DNA of 64,000 bases from Eukaryota sp. TZLM1-RC. Taxonomy: Eukaryota; Protista; Metamonada: BaSk clade. A model generated the notes under the pieces. The model worked only from the letters and a program-made list of their open reading frames with translations, was not told where the DNA came from and did not search any database. The DNA is taken from contig JAUPSS010000004.1 in NCBI GenBank assembly GCA_040285825.1, positions 1,116,001-1,180,000 of the forward strand. The letters are read 5' to 3'. Positions 12,665 through 26,393 of the stretch are shown here, one piece after another (the first letter of the stretch is position 1; each line of letters starts with the position of its first letter). A program made the translations under genes and the position numbers.

Positions 12665-13859
12665 AATCAAGGATATATCATCCATATAAGCAACTATTTT
12701 TATAGAAGGGTATTTTTGCTTAATGATATTTAAAGTTTTGTGAATAGCTAAACAAAACAATAACGGGCCTAAAGGATCACCTTGCTTCACACCAGAAGAT
12801 GATTTAAGACCAAATGAATTAAAAATTAAATCTGATTCTTTCCCATAAAAATGGTAGAAAAAACTCGATAGCTCAGGAAAATCAGATTTAATAACTTCAA
12901 AAATTGCTTCTCGCTTTACAGAATTAAAAGCATTTTTAAAGTCGAGATTAAAAATAAAATTATTTTCCTCTGCATTAAAAAAGGTATCAGAGGCAATAGC
13001 AGCAACAGAAGCACCATCAATTGTTTTGATTCCAAATTGATGAGGATTCAAAAAAGTAGAAGCTTTGTCTTTAACACGATCGAAGACAATTGATGCCAGC
13101 AAACGAGAAATAGATTCACCAACAGCAATTGGGCGTATTCCATCAGGTTTGCTTCCGTTTCCAGGCTTTACTAAAGCAATCAGACGTGCAGCGAGTAATT
13201 CAAATGGAGGATTAATTTTCAAAACAATTAATTGTTGAAAATAATAGGCTAGATCATCCGCAATTTCGGGAGCACTGGAACACGCTATTTTTAAGAGATC
13301 AAAAGAAATTCCAGATGGGCCTGCTGCTTTCCCCTTTGGTAATTTTTGAATAGCTTTAAAAACTTCAATTGCAGTAATACTGCCGCTGCTGCTGAATTAA
13401 ATAATTTAGAATTTAATTTACCTCCCAAACATGAGTGCACTGCAGAAGACAATGATGCAATAATGTTAGATATTCCCCGTGAAGCAAGTCAAATTGATAA
13501 TTGTGCTATTTGTAATGAAAAAGCTGAAAGATATATTTTAAAAAATAATTTATATGTATGCCATGTTTGCTCCTCACTTGATACACTACGGCCTCCATGT
13601 AAGATTCCGAATGTTCTCAGTCCCAAGGCTTCCATTCCCTTTTCTGTTGCGTTTAGAACATTCAGTCTTGCTTTGAAAAAAGGAGAATGGGATGTTTTTT
13701 CTATTTGGAAATTCTTCCTTGAACAAAAATCAGGTTCTCGTCCCCAAAAAGTTTTCACTCCAAAGAAACAACCCAAGAATAAGACTGTACGAAAACTTTT
13801 GCTACGTGGGAGATATGGTTCAGGGAAAAACGCTCTGTTCTCATCTGATCTTGCTCCTG

Positions 13860-13958
13860 TGATGCTTTATCCATATATGATAACAAAGAATAAGGAATAA
13901 TTTATTAGAATTTCACCGGCCCTTATAAAAACCATCACTAGTGAACTATGTTATATAA
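13860..13958 (-). repeat. 3' LTR (first ~37 nt deleted)
   Basis: Matches 43875-43973 with 2 mismatches and ends ...GCATCA. Confidence 0.9.
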
Positions 13959-16151
13959 TAAGGAACTTTATCATTGTTCGAATCTACGTAATCAAAGTGA
14001 TCTATAATTTTAACGATTACAGATTCTTCCATATCGCCAGCAGCAATATTCTTATGCCAATCAAGATCTTCTTTAGGGAAGTCTGAAAGGTATAGTTTAC
14101 AATGATTTATACTTGCCGTAGACATCGAACCAGTGACGAGATTCTTGAGTAATAAACTTTTATTGGATTTCACTTCTTCAACGAGAAAAGGGCCAGCGAA
14201 GCAACCATGGAGTTTACCATTAGTCTTTAATCGCAAAACTAAGTCACCTTTATTAAAAGGGTTCCTATGTTTGTTAACTTCAGGCAGTTGTTGAGCTTGC
14301 CTGAGCTCTGCCTCTTCCCTCTTCTTTGAAATCCTTTCAAGTTTTGCTTCAAGATCTTTAACAAAGGGAATATTAACATAAGCTGATTTTATTAGTTCAA
14401 ACATATTACTAGGATCAGCTCTAGGGCTGTGGTCGCTACCAAACATTAAATTGTAGGGCGAATGACCAGTAACTCTACTAATAGTTGAATTGATTTGAAG
14501 TTGTACAATTGGGATATATTCACTCCAATTGCTATAATCGCCAGAGTCCACCAAAATCTTTCTTAGACTTTGTAAAATGTCTCTGTGTCGTCTTTCTACT
14601 AAACCATTGCTTTGTGAAAAGCTAGTTAGTGAACGACTTACTTCAATGTTTAATAAATCGCATAACCCTTTGAATATGGCATTTGCAAATTCAATACCAT
14701 TGTCACTGTGAATCAACAGTGGGATACCAAAAATTGATACTACACTCCATAGGAGGTGATTGGTTGCCTCCACTGCATTCAATTCCTTTACAGGGCAAAT
14801 GATCGTATACCTGGTGAACGAGTCTACAAAAACTATTAAATATTTGAATCCATTATCATCTTGTTGTAATGGTCCAATAGTGTCTGCGTTTAATCGTGCA
14901 AAAGGTCGATCAGCCCAAAGAGAGCCAGATGATTCAATGACATTTTTAGGCACATGCGCCGTCTTTTGACATGCTGGGCATCTCTTAATATGGTTAATCA
15001 TGTCTTTGCGCATGTCGGGCCAAAAGTAATCACTATTGAGTAATTTCTTTACGCTAGTCGTCACACTAGGATGGCCAACATTTGCATGTCCATGAATGAT
15101 AGTTAAAGTCTGCTTCTTTAAACTATCTGGGATGACAATCTTCCCACGATTGTTGGTATACAATTGAATATCTGAATTATAATTGTAATCTTTATAATAA
15201 TCAGGATTTGAATCAACATCTATAAGTTGTTCTTGCCTAATCTTTGAGATCCAAGTGTCAAATAAATCAAATTTAGTATCCTCAACTGCTTCTTTCAGTG
15301 CAGATAAGCTATTGATCGTGGGTAGCTCAATTGTGGACGGTTGAGTAATATCATCCCTTAACAAATTAACTCTAGTTAATAAATTTAAATAGGGTAATTG
15401 TTCTTCAACTCTGTGAGGTGCCAAGTTTCTCACTTGTTGGACTCGAGGAGTTTTGGGTTTGGTGTCAACCAATCTAGACAACATGTCTGCCCAATAATTC
15501 TCCTCGCCTGCAGTGTGGACTACATCAAAATTGAATTCTGACAATATTGGTAGCCACCTCTTCACAATTCTGTTCTTTTCAGGAGCTGATATGAGGTATG
15601 CTAAATTTCTATGATCAGTGAAAATAGTTAATTTCCTCGAAATTAAATAATTTTCTAAACTACTGTCAGTGAGAATTAGTAAAATTGCATACAACTCTTT
15701 CTGAAGTACAGACCAATTCTTTTGTGAAGTTGATAATAATCTGCTAAAGAAGGCAATAGGTACAACCTTTCTCTTAATTAGCGGTGTCGTAGGATCTTTA
15801 GGTGGGTTAGCTTCTTGCCATATTACTCCACCTACAGCCACATCGGACGCGTCAGCACTTATTAAAATATGCTTGTCTTCTGAGGGCAGTTCAAGAGGGA
15901 TATTTGCTTTGATAAGATTTATAATCTTACCAAAAGCCTCGTCATGATCAGGAGTCCACTTGATTTTTGACGGTTTGTTTCTGGTTAATTTGTTGATTGG
16001 TTCTATCAAGTCAGACAAATTTGGCAACCAATCACGTATATAATTGATCGATCCTATAAAACTCCTAACTTCAGGTAATGTCCTGGGTTTGGGTAGGTTG
16101 ATCAGTCCCTCAATCCTAGATTCATCTATATAACGGGTTTTGTTTACAAAA
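13946..16151 (-). CDS. Gypsy Pol: RT end, RNase H, integrase and truncated chromodomain-like start
   Basis: RSFIGSINY, DASDVAVGG, ELYAI, TDHRNL, H..GH...CPACQ, LNADTIGP, SDNGIEF, SNGLVER, GPF. Confidence 0.93.
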
Positions 16152-16329
16152 TTTTTTTTTAAATTTAATTTTATTCTAAACCTATAAATCAACATCTAAA
16201 AATCCATCTCTCCCAAAACAAAAACACTAGATGCAACTCTCTCATAGTGAGATCCAAGAGAAAGCAAAGCATCAGAAACCATCTTCAACATCCCCTTAAA
16301 AATAGAAAACACAATTCTATTTTGCCAAA

Positions 16330-18514
16330 CCTGATGGAGTTAGACCAATTGCTATTGGAGAGTCATTAACCAGATTGCTTTCTTCGCTTGTTTTTAACAG
16401 AATTTCTACTAAAGCAAGGGACTATTTGAAGCCTTTCCAATTTGGTATAAAAACTGTTGAAGGTGCTTCTGTTGCTTCAATGACTTCAGATGTTTTTTTC
16501 AATAGTCAACAACATCAATATATTTTCAATTTGGATTTCAAAAATGCTTTCAATTCTGTGAAACGTAATTGTATTTTTGATGTGCTTCTTCATGATTTTC
16601 CTGAACTTTCTGCATATTTTTATTTATTTTATGGAAAAAAATCAGACTTAATTTTTGACTCCTTTACCTTTGAATCTTCTTCTGGTGTGAAACAAGGTGA
16701 TCCTCTTGGCCCTTTGCTGTTTTGTTTGGCTATTCATAATATTATTAAAATGACACAACAAGATTTCCCTGATTTGCGTATTGTTGCCTATATGGATGAC
16801 ATTTCTATTATTGGTTCTTTTGAAAGCATTTCTAGGGTCTCTGAAAACATTGCGGCGAAATACAAAGAAATTGGATTAGCTTTGAACCCATCTAAATGTC
16901 TCTTGATTGGTAGAGAAAAACAATCTTTGATGATTGGTGGAGCTCAGATTCCTTTTATCAATTATGACCAACAAGCTTTTAAGTTTCTTGGATGTTGGCT
17001 TGGCAATTTGGATGAAATTTATTCCCAGTTAAACAATTTATTGGAGAAGTTTGACAAGGATCTTAGTTTTATTGCTGAATGTGACATTGAGAAACACATC
17101 AAATTTTTTATTTTAAAAATTTGTTATTCTGGAAAATTCACTCATATTTTAAGGTCAACTCCCCCTTCGGTATCTCTCAATTTTTGCAGATCTTTTAACA
17201 AACTTCGAGTCAAATTTTTTTCTTTTTTATTAGAAGTAAATGAATCTTTAATTCGAAGTCATGTATTTTGTTCAGCAGATTTGGGTGGCATTGGATTCAC
17301 CAAATCTTCGATTCTGTGTAAAGCAGCATTTTTGGGAGGTGGTAAAAATTTTGTTTTTGAATTTTTCCAAAGGTTCCCTTTTGATGTTCATCTGATCAAT
17401 GGTGAATCAAATTTTTATTTGAATCAACTTCAAATCGAATTAGATAATTTGCCTAGTGATATCTGGATTCAGTGTTTTCCTCAAAATGTTCAAGAAATTC
17501 CCACCCGATCACTTCCAAATTTACGTTTTTGCTTGAAAAAGCTTCAGCACCATCTGGTTAAATTATATGAAGGCTTGGATTATGAAGTAAGACTTGGCTT
17601 GGCCAAAACTAAAAATCCCGCTTTCGGTAATTTTTTAAAGGATATTCGTGATAGTTCAGCTGCTGCTTTAGTAACTCAAGTTCCCTCTGTTTATGGACTT
17701 TTGTTAAAAAACAATGAATGGCTTCTAAACATGCGTTTTCGTTGTTTTCTGTGGCCAAACAATTTGCCCAATCATTTAACTTGTAAATGTGGTAAACCTC
17801 TTTTGTTTACTCATCTTTTGAACTGTAAACATTTCATTACGTTTAGAAGCAAAGTGCATAATAACGTCAGGGACCAAATTTATGTAATGTGCAAATCATA
17901 TCGAGTAGATTCCTTTTTAGAACCGCTGTTATCAAAATTAATTCTCGATGATCCCAATATTGATAGTACGCGTTACAACAGAGCTTCTATGGGTCTAACT
18001 AGAGGTGATCTAGTTGTTCCTGGTTTAAATGGTAGTTTTACTATTTTGGACGCCATGTCTATTGACCCTTGTAATTCCTCTAACGAACATTTCATTAACT
18101 CGGATGTAAATAATCCTCTTCTTGCAGGCGAAAAATATAAAATTGCTAAATATGCGAAACCCATTTCCTCGGTTAATGAAAATTCTCATGCCCAATATAA
18201 TTTATGTCCATTTGTTTTTTCTTTGCTTGGATCTCTAGGTAAGGCTGCTATGGCTTTCCTTGAGGATTTTGTTGTAGTTGTAAAGGAAAGAACTGGAAGA
18301 ATTTTCAATCGTGTTTACTGGCAAAACAGGCTTGTATTTTCTATTTTTAAGGGAATGGTAACACTAATTTCTGATTCACTATCTTCTTTTGGGAAATTTT
18401 CTGAATCTTTAGCGATTAATTGTTTTGATGTAGGGGAGGCAGGTTTTGAGGATGTGGAGTTTTAATTGTGTATTTCATATTTGTTGTTGAATAAAAATAA
18501 ATTGCAAAAAAAAA
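16330..18514 (+). mobile_element. Family A, 5'-truncated, with an intact RT-RLE frame (16375-18465)
   Basis: TSD TTTGCCAAA at 16321-16329 and 18515-18523. Confidence 0.92.
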
Positions 18515-18775
18515 TTTGCCAAAACAATCTGTTGAAATTTCTGCCAGTTCTTCTCTTTACAATCATTTCAAAATCAACCAAAAAACGTAAAGCAGTTGGT
18601 GCAAGTGAACCAAAAAGGGAAAATACAAATGGATACAAATTGTATTTTGCATGCTGTAGACTGGCCAATTTGGACAAAGGTTCATTGTATTTTTTGAATT
18701 TAAAATTTTCAGCATTTGAAAGGGGATTACGAATTTCAGAATTAACAAGCCTTTCATTTGAGGCATTACAAGGAT

Positions 18776-19791
18776 TTTGCAATATATTTTTATTCAATAA
18801 CAAATATGAAATACACAATTAAAACTCCACATCCTCAAAACCTGCCTCCCCTACATCAAAACAATTAATCGCTAAAGATTCAGAAAATTTCCCAAAAGAA
18901 GATAGTGAATCAGAAATTAGTGTTACCATTCCCTTAAAAATAGAAAATACAATCCTGTTTTGCCAGTAAACACGATTGAAAATTTTCTTCCAGTTCTTTC
19001 CTTTACAACTACAACAAAATCCTCAAGGAAAGCCATAGCAGCCTTACCTAGAGATCCAAGCAAAGAAAAAACAAATGGACATAAATTATATTGGGCATGA
19101 GAATTTTCATTAACCGAGGAAATGGGTTTCGCATATTTAGCAATTTTATATTTTTCGCCTGCAAGAAGAGGATTATTTACATCCGAGTTAATGAAATGTT
19201 CGTTAGAGGAATTACAAGGGTCAATAGACATGGCGTCCAAAATAGTAAAACTACCATTTAAACCAGGAACAACTAGATCACCTCTAGTTAGACCCATAGA
19301 AGCTCTGTTGTAACGCGTACTATCAATATTGGGATCATCGAGAATTAATTTTGATAACAGCGGTTCTAAAAAGGAATCTACTCGATATGATTTGCACATT
19401 ACATAAATTTGGTCCCTGACGTTATTATGCACTTTGCTTCTAAACGTAATGAAATATTTACAGTTCAAAAGATGAGTAAACAAAAGAGGTTTACCACATT
19501 TACAAGTTAAATGATTGGGCAAATTGTTTGGCCACAGAAAACAACGAAAACGCATGTTTAGAAGCCATTCATTGTTTTTTAACAAAAGTCCATAAACAGA
19601 GGGAACTTGAGTTACTAAAGCAGCAGCTGAACTATCACGAATATCCTTTAAAAAATTACCGAAAGCGGGATTTTTAGTTTTGGCCAAGCCAAGTCTTACT
19701 TCATAATCCAAGCCTTCATATAATTTAACCAGATGGTGCTGAAGCTTTTTCAAGCAAAAACGTAAATTTGGAGGTGATCGGGTGGGAATTT
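18776..19791 (-). mobile_element. Family A 3' kb inserted in frame into B
   Basis: TSD CATTACAAGGAT at 18764-18775 and 19792-19803; junction DPCN|EIPTRS. Confidence 0.9.
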
Positions 19792-20293
19792 CATTACAAG
19801 GATCAACAGACATTACATCCAATAAAATGAAGCTTCCATCTAATCCAGGTAATATGACATCACCTCTATTATTCTTATGAAAATCATTTTCAGCATCAAA
19901 CAAATTTGACAACAGAGGTTCCAAGAAGGATTCAATTCTATGAGATTTACACATACAATATAACTGGTCTCTTACAGCATCATGAACCTTGCTTCTAAAA
20001 GTAATAAAATGTTTACAATTTAACAAATGAGTAGTTGTAATTTCTCGAGAACATTTACAAATTAAATTATGAGGTAAATTATCAGGCCAGATAAAGGAAC
20101 GAAATCTCATATTCAGAGTCCAAGCAGAATCGGATAAGAGAGTACCATAAACTTGTGGAATTGTTGTTACTAAGGCAGAAGAAGTACTGTCACACATATC
20201 TTGTAAAAGATTTGCAAAAGCGGGATTCTTTTTCTTGGCCAAGCCAAGTCTAACATCAAAATCCAAGCTTTCAAAAATCTTTGACAATTTTTG

Positions 20294-22405
20294 CAATTTA
20301 TTTTTATTCAACAACAAATATGAAATACACAATTAAAACTCCACATCCTCAAAACCTGCCTCCCCTACATCAAAACAATTAATCGCTAAAGATTCAGAAA
20401 ATTTCCCAAAAGAAGATAGTGAATCAGAAATTAGTGTTACCATTCCCTTAAAAATAGAAAATACAATCCTGTTTTGCCAGTAAACACGATTGAAAATTCT
20501 TCCAGTTCTTTCCTTTACAACTACAACAAAATCCTCAAGGAAAGCCATAGCAGCCTTACCTAGAGATCCAAGCAAAGAAAAAACAAATGGACATAAATTA
20601 TATTGGGCATGAGAATTTTCATTAACCGAGGAAATGGGTTTCGCATATTTAGCAATTTTATATTTTTCGCCTGCAAGAAGAGGATTATTTACATCCGAGT
20701 TAATGAAATGTTCGTTAGAGGAATTACAAGGGTCAATAGACATGGCGTCCAAAATAGTAAAACTACCATTTAAACCAGGAACAACTAGATCATCTCTAGT
20801 TAGACCCATAGAAGCTCTGTTGTAACGCGTACTATCAATATTGGGATCATCGAGAATTAATTTTGATAACAGCGGTTCTAAAAAGGAATTTACTTGATAT
20901 GATTTGCACATTACATAAATTTGGTCCCTGACGTTATTATGCACTTTGCTTCTAAACGTAATGAAATGTTTACAGTTCAAAAGATGAGTAAACAAAAGAG
21001 GTTTACCACATTTACAAGTTAAATGATTGGGTAAATTGTTTGGCCACAGAAAACAACGAAAACGCATGTTTAGAAGCCATTCATTGTTTTTTAACAAAAG
21101 TCCATAAACAGAGGGAACTTGAGTTACTAAAGCAGCAGCTGAACTATCACGAATATCCTTTAAAAAATTACCGAAAGCGGGATTTTTAGTTTTGGCCAAG
21201 CCAAATCTTACTTCATAATTCAAGCCTTCATATAATTTAACCAGATGGTGCTGAAGCTTTTTCAAGCAAAAACGTAAATTTGGAAGTGATCGGGTGGGAA
21301 TTTCATTACAAGGATCAACAGACATTACATCCAATAAAATGAAGCTTCCATCTAATCCAGGTAATATGACATCACCTCTATTATTCTTATGAAAATCATT
21401 TTCAGCATCAAACAAATTTGACAACAGAGGTTCCAAGAAGGATTCAATTCTATGAGATTTACACATACAATATAACTGGTCTCTTACAGCATCATGAACC
21501 TTGCTTCTAAAAGTAATAAAATGTTTACAATTTAACAAATGAGTAGTTGTAATTTCTCGAGAACATTTACAAATTAAATTATGAGGTAAATTATCAGGCC
21601 AGATAAAGGAACGAAATCTCATATTCAGAGTCCAAGCAGAATCGGATAAGAGAGTACCATAAACTTGTGGAATTGTTGTTACTAAGGCAGAAGAAGTACT
21701 GTCACACATATCTTGTAAAAGATTTGCAAAAGCGGGATTCTTTTTCTTGGCCAAGCCAAGTCTAACATCAAAATCCAAACTTTCAAAAATCTTTGACAAT
21801 TTTTGTTGAAGCTTTTTACAGCAAAACTGTAAATTAAAAAAGAGATCGGTTTGGAATTTCTTGAATTGATTGAGGAAAACATTTGGTCCAAATTTGTGGC
21901 GGCAATTTTTCAAGTTCACAAGATAACTCATACAAATAGGGACTGCAATTGGGAACTAACAGATGAGAATCATCAGGAAATCTACGAGAAAATTCATAAA
22001 TAAAATTTTTGCCACCACCCAAGAATGCTGATTGACACAAAATTGAAGATTTAGTAAATCCAATACCACCCAAATTTGCTGAAGAAAATAAATGGCTTTT
22101 CAACATTCCTGGTTCTACATCCAATAAATCAGCAAAAAATTCTGTTCTCAATGAATTAAATGAACGACAAAAATCTAATGCTGTGGAAGGAGCACAAGAT
22201 CTCAAAATGTGGGTTATTCTCCCAGTGTAGCAAATTTTAAGCATGAAAAATTTAATATGCTTTTCTATATCTAAAGAAGAAATTGAATCAAGTTCAAATT
22301 TCATTTTTTCCAAAATAACTTGCAATTCATTCTGAATTTGAGGCACGATTCCTAACCAACAACCAAGGAACTTAAAAGCATCACTACTATAATTAGTAAA
22401 AGGTA
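20294..22405 (-). mobile_element. B::A chimeric copy (A 20294-21303, B 21304-22405)
   Basis: Same DPCN|EIPTRS junction as at 19791; ORF 20333-21931. Confidence 0.88.
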
Positions 22406-22407
22406 CA

Positions 22408-23055
22408 TTAGAAAATACAATCCTGTTTTGCCAGTAAACACGATTGAAAATTCTTCCAGTTCTTTCCTTTACAACTACAACAAAATCCTTAAGGAAAGCC
22501 ATAGCAGCCTTACCTAGAGATCCAAGCAAACAAAAAACAAATGGACATAAATTATATTGGGCATGAGAATTTTCATTAACCGAGGAAATGGGTTTCGCAT
22601 ATTTAGCAATTTTATATAAACTTCTGTCTGGAATTTCTTGAATGGATATGGGGAAACATGATTGCCATAAGTCGGGAGATAAACTGGATATTTTTTCACT
22701 TAAGTTATCGAGGAATAGGCTATTTGTAGTAATTTGAAAATTATTTTCAACGCTAACAAAACATTAAACAAAAAACTAGAACTCAATATCCTCAATACAT
22801 GCATCAACATCATTTTTTTTTGACCAAAATTTTATTTTTATTCAAAACCTATTTTTTATTTATTGAATTTGCACACTCAATTAAATTAACTCAATACTAA
22901 TGGGACGACTATCATTGAACCAAGATTTCCTCTACAAAATCTTGATCTGCTTGCTGTCTAGCTAAAGCTTCTCTTATTCGATTGAAAAACCGTGGTAGTC
23001 TATTAATAATGGCAAATTGAATCCGTGAACGCCATAAAAATATATCAAATCTTAC
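22408..23055 (-). mobile_element. Run of short fragments: A internal (22408-22615), D internal (22612-22728), G 3' end (22729-22812), B tail (22813-22852), C 3' end (22853-23053)
   Basis: The A, D, B and C pieces match copies elsewhere in the window. G occurs only here and reads DVDACIEDIEF* with its own UTR. Confidence 0.8.
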
Positions 23056-23059
23056 TGTT

Positions 23060-23932
23060 TCTTTTTTTTTTCAAAAATTTTTTATTCAACAACAAATATG
23101 AAATACACAATTAAAACTCCACATCCTCAAAACCTGCCTCCCCTACATCAAAACAATTAATTGCTAAAGATTCAGAAAATTTCCCAAAAGAAGATAGTGA
23201 ATCAGAAATTAGTTTTACCATTCCCTTAAAAATAGAAAATACAATCCTGTTTTGCCAGTAAACACGATTGAAAATTCTTCCAGTTCTTTCCTTTACAACT
23301 ACAACAATATCCTCAAGGAAAGCCATAGCAGCCTTACCTAGAGATCCAAGCAAAGAAAAAACAAAGGGACATAAATTATATTGTGCATGAGAATTTTCAT
23401 TAATCGAGGAAATGGGTTTCGCATATGTAGCAATTTTATATTTTTCGCCTGCAAGAAGAGGATTATTTACATCCGAGTTAATGAGATGTTCGTTAGAGGA
23501 ATTACAAGGGTCAACAGACATGGCGTCCAAAATAGTAAAACTACCATTTAAACCAGGAACAACTAGATCACCTCTAGTCAGACCCATAGAAGCTCTGTTG
23601 TAACGCGTACTATCAATATTGGGATCATCAAGAATTAATTTTGATAACAGCGGTTCTAAAAAGGAATCTACTCGATATGATTTGCACATTACATAAATTT
23701 GGTCCCTGACGTTATTATGCACTTTGTTTCTAAACGTAATGAAATGTATGCAGTTCAAAAGATGAGTAAACAAAAGAGGTTTACCACATTTACAAGTTAA
23801 ATGATTGGGCAAATTGTTTGGCCACAGAAAACAACGAAAACGCATGTTTAGAAGCCATTCATTGTTGTTTAACAAAAGTCCATAAACAGAGGGAACATGA
23901 GTTACTAAAGCAGCAGCTGAACTATCACGAAT
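23060..23932 (-). mobile_element. Family A, 5'-truncated
   Basis: ORF 23111-23875 plus tail. Confidence 0.9.
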
Positions 23933-26393
23933 ATTTTTTTTATTTAATTTTAATTTTATTCAAAACCTATAAATCAACATCTAAAAAATCCATCTCTCCC
24001 AAAACAAAAACACTAGATGCAACTCCCTCATAGTGAGAACCAAGAGACAGCAAAGCATCAGAAACCATCTTCAACATCCCCTTAAAAATAGAAAACACAA
24101 TTCTATTTTGCCAAAACAATCTGTTGAAATTTCTCCCACTTCTTCTCTTTTCAATCATTTCAAAATCATCCAAAAAACGTAAAGCAGTTGGTGCAAGTGA
24201 ACCAAAGAGGGAAAATACAAATGGATACAAATTGTATTTTGCATGCTGTAGACTGGCCAATTTGGACAAAGGTTCATTGTATTTTTTGAATTTGAAATTT
24301 TCAGCATTTGAAAGAGGATTATGAATTTCAGAATTAACAAGCCTTTCATTTGAGGCATTACAAGGATCAACAGACATTACATCCAATAAAATGAAGCTTC
24401 CATCTAATCCAGGTAATATAACATCACCTCTATTATTCTTATGAAAATCATCTTCAGCATCAAACAGATTTGACAACAGAGGTTCCAAAAAGGATTCAAT
24501 TCTATGAGACTTACACATACAATATAACTGGTCTCTTACAGCATCATGAACTTTGCTTCTAAAAGTAATAAAATGTTTAAAATTTAACAAATGAGTAATT
24601 GTAATTTCTCGAGAACATTTACAAATTAAATTATGAGGTAAATTATCAGGCCAGATAAAGGAACGAAATCTCATATTCAGAGTCCAAGCAGAATCGGATA
24701 AGAGAGTACCATAAACTTGTGGAATTGTTGTTACTAAGGCAGAAGAAGTACTGTCACACATATCTTGTAAAAGATTTGCAAAAGCGGGATTCTTTTTCTT
24801 GGCCAAGCCAAGTCTAACATCAAAATCCAAGCTTTCAAAAATCTTTGACAATTTTTGTTGAAGCTTTTTACAGCAAAACTGTAAATTAAAAAGAGATCGG
24901 TTTGGAATTTCTTGAATTGATTGAGGAAAACATTTTTTCAAGTTCACAAGATAACTCATACAAATATGGACTGCAACTGGGAACTACCAGATGAGAATCA
25001 TTAGGAAATCTACGAGAAAATTCATAAAAATTTTTTTGCCACCACCCAAGAATGCTGATTGACACAAAATTGAAGATTTAGTAAATCCAATACCACCCAA
25101 ATTTGCTGAAGAAAATAAGTGACTTTTCAACATTCCTGGTTCTACATCCAATAAATCAGCAAAAAATTCTGTTCTCAATGAATTAAAAGAACGACAAAAA
25201 TCTAATGCTATGGAAGGAGCACAAGATCTCAAAATGTGGGTTATTCTCCCAGTGTAGCAAATTTTGAGCATGAAAAATTTAATGTGTTTTTCTATATCTA
25301 AAGCAGAAATTGAATCAAGTTCAATTTTCATTTTTTCCAAAATAGCTTGCAATTCATTCTGCATTTGAGGCACGTTTCCTAACCAACAACCAAGGAACTT
25401 AACAGAATCACTACTATAATTAGTAAAAGGGACAATAGAATCATTTATCACGAGATCTTGAGCAGAAGAGCCAATGAGAAGGCATTTGCTCGCATTAAGA
25501 TGAAGCCCAATATTTCCATATGAATCAGCAATTTCTTGAGCAACCAATTCTAGTAAATCAAATGAACCAATCAAGGATATATCATCCTTATAAGCAACTA
25601 TTTTTATAGAAGGGTATTTTTGCTTAATGATATTTAAAGTTTTGTGAATAGCTAAACAAAACAATATTGGGCCTAAAGGATCACCTTGCTGCACACCAGA
25701 AGATGATTTAAGACCACATGAATTATAAATTAAATCTGATTCTTTCCCATAAAAATGGAAGAAAAAAACTCGATAGCTCAGGAAAATCAGATTTAATTAC
25801 TTCAAAATTGCTTCTCGCTTTACAGAATTAAAAGCATTTTTAAAGTCCAGATTAAAGATAAAGTTATTTTCTTCTGCATTAAAAAAAGTGTCAGAGGCAA
25901 TAGCAGCAACAGAAGCACCATCAATTGTTTTGATTCCAAATTGATGAGGATTCAAAAATGTAGAAGCTTTGTCTTTGACACGATCGAAGACAATTGATGC
26001 CAGCAAACGAGATAGAGATTCACCAACAGCAATTGGGCGTATTCCATCAGGTTTGATTCCGTTTCCAGGCTTTACTAAAGCAATCAGACGTGCAGCGAGT
26101 AATTCAAATGGAGGATTAATTTTGTAAACAATTAATTGTTGAAAATAATGGGCTAGATCATCAGCAATTTCGGGAGCACTGGAACACGCTATTTTTAACA
26201 GATCAAAAGGGAACCTTTGGAAAAATTCAAAAACAAAATTTTTTCCACGTCCCAAAAATGCTGCTTTACACAGAATCGAAGATTTTGTGAATCAAAACAA
26301 TTTTGCCAAAACAATCTGTTGAAATTTCTGCCAGTTCTTCTCTTTACAATCATTTCAAAATCATCCAAAAAACGTAAAGCAGTTGGTGCAAGT
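23933..26393 (-). mobile_element. Family B (23933-26205), followed by A (26200-26293) and B (26295-26393) internal fragments
   Basis: RT and RLE motifs, with YKDD mutation and frameshifts; junction RFPFD|LLKIAC. Confidence 0.85.

Larger units (their letters stand above)
8201..13378 (-). mobile_element. Family B, the copy reaching furthest 5' (RT through RLE), with nested F, A and C
   Basis: RPIAVGE, DFKNAFNS, GVKQGDPLGP, YMDD. TSD ACTGCCGCTGCT at 8189-8200 and 13379-13390. Confidence 0.92.
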
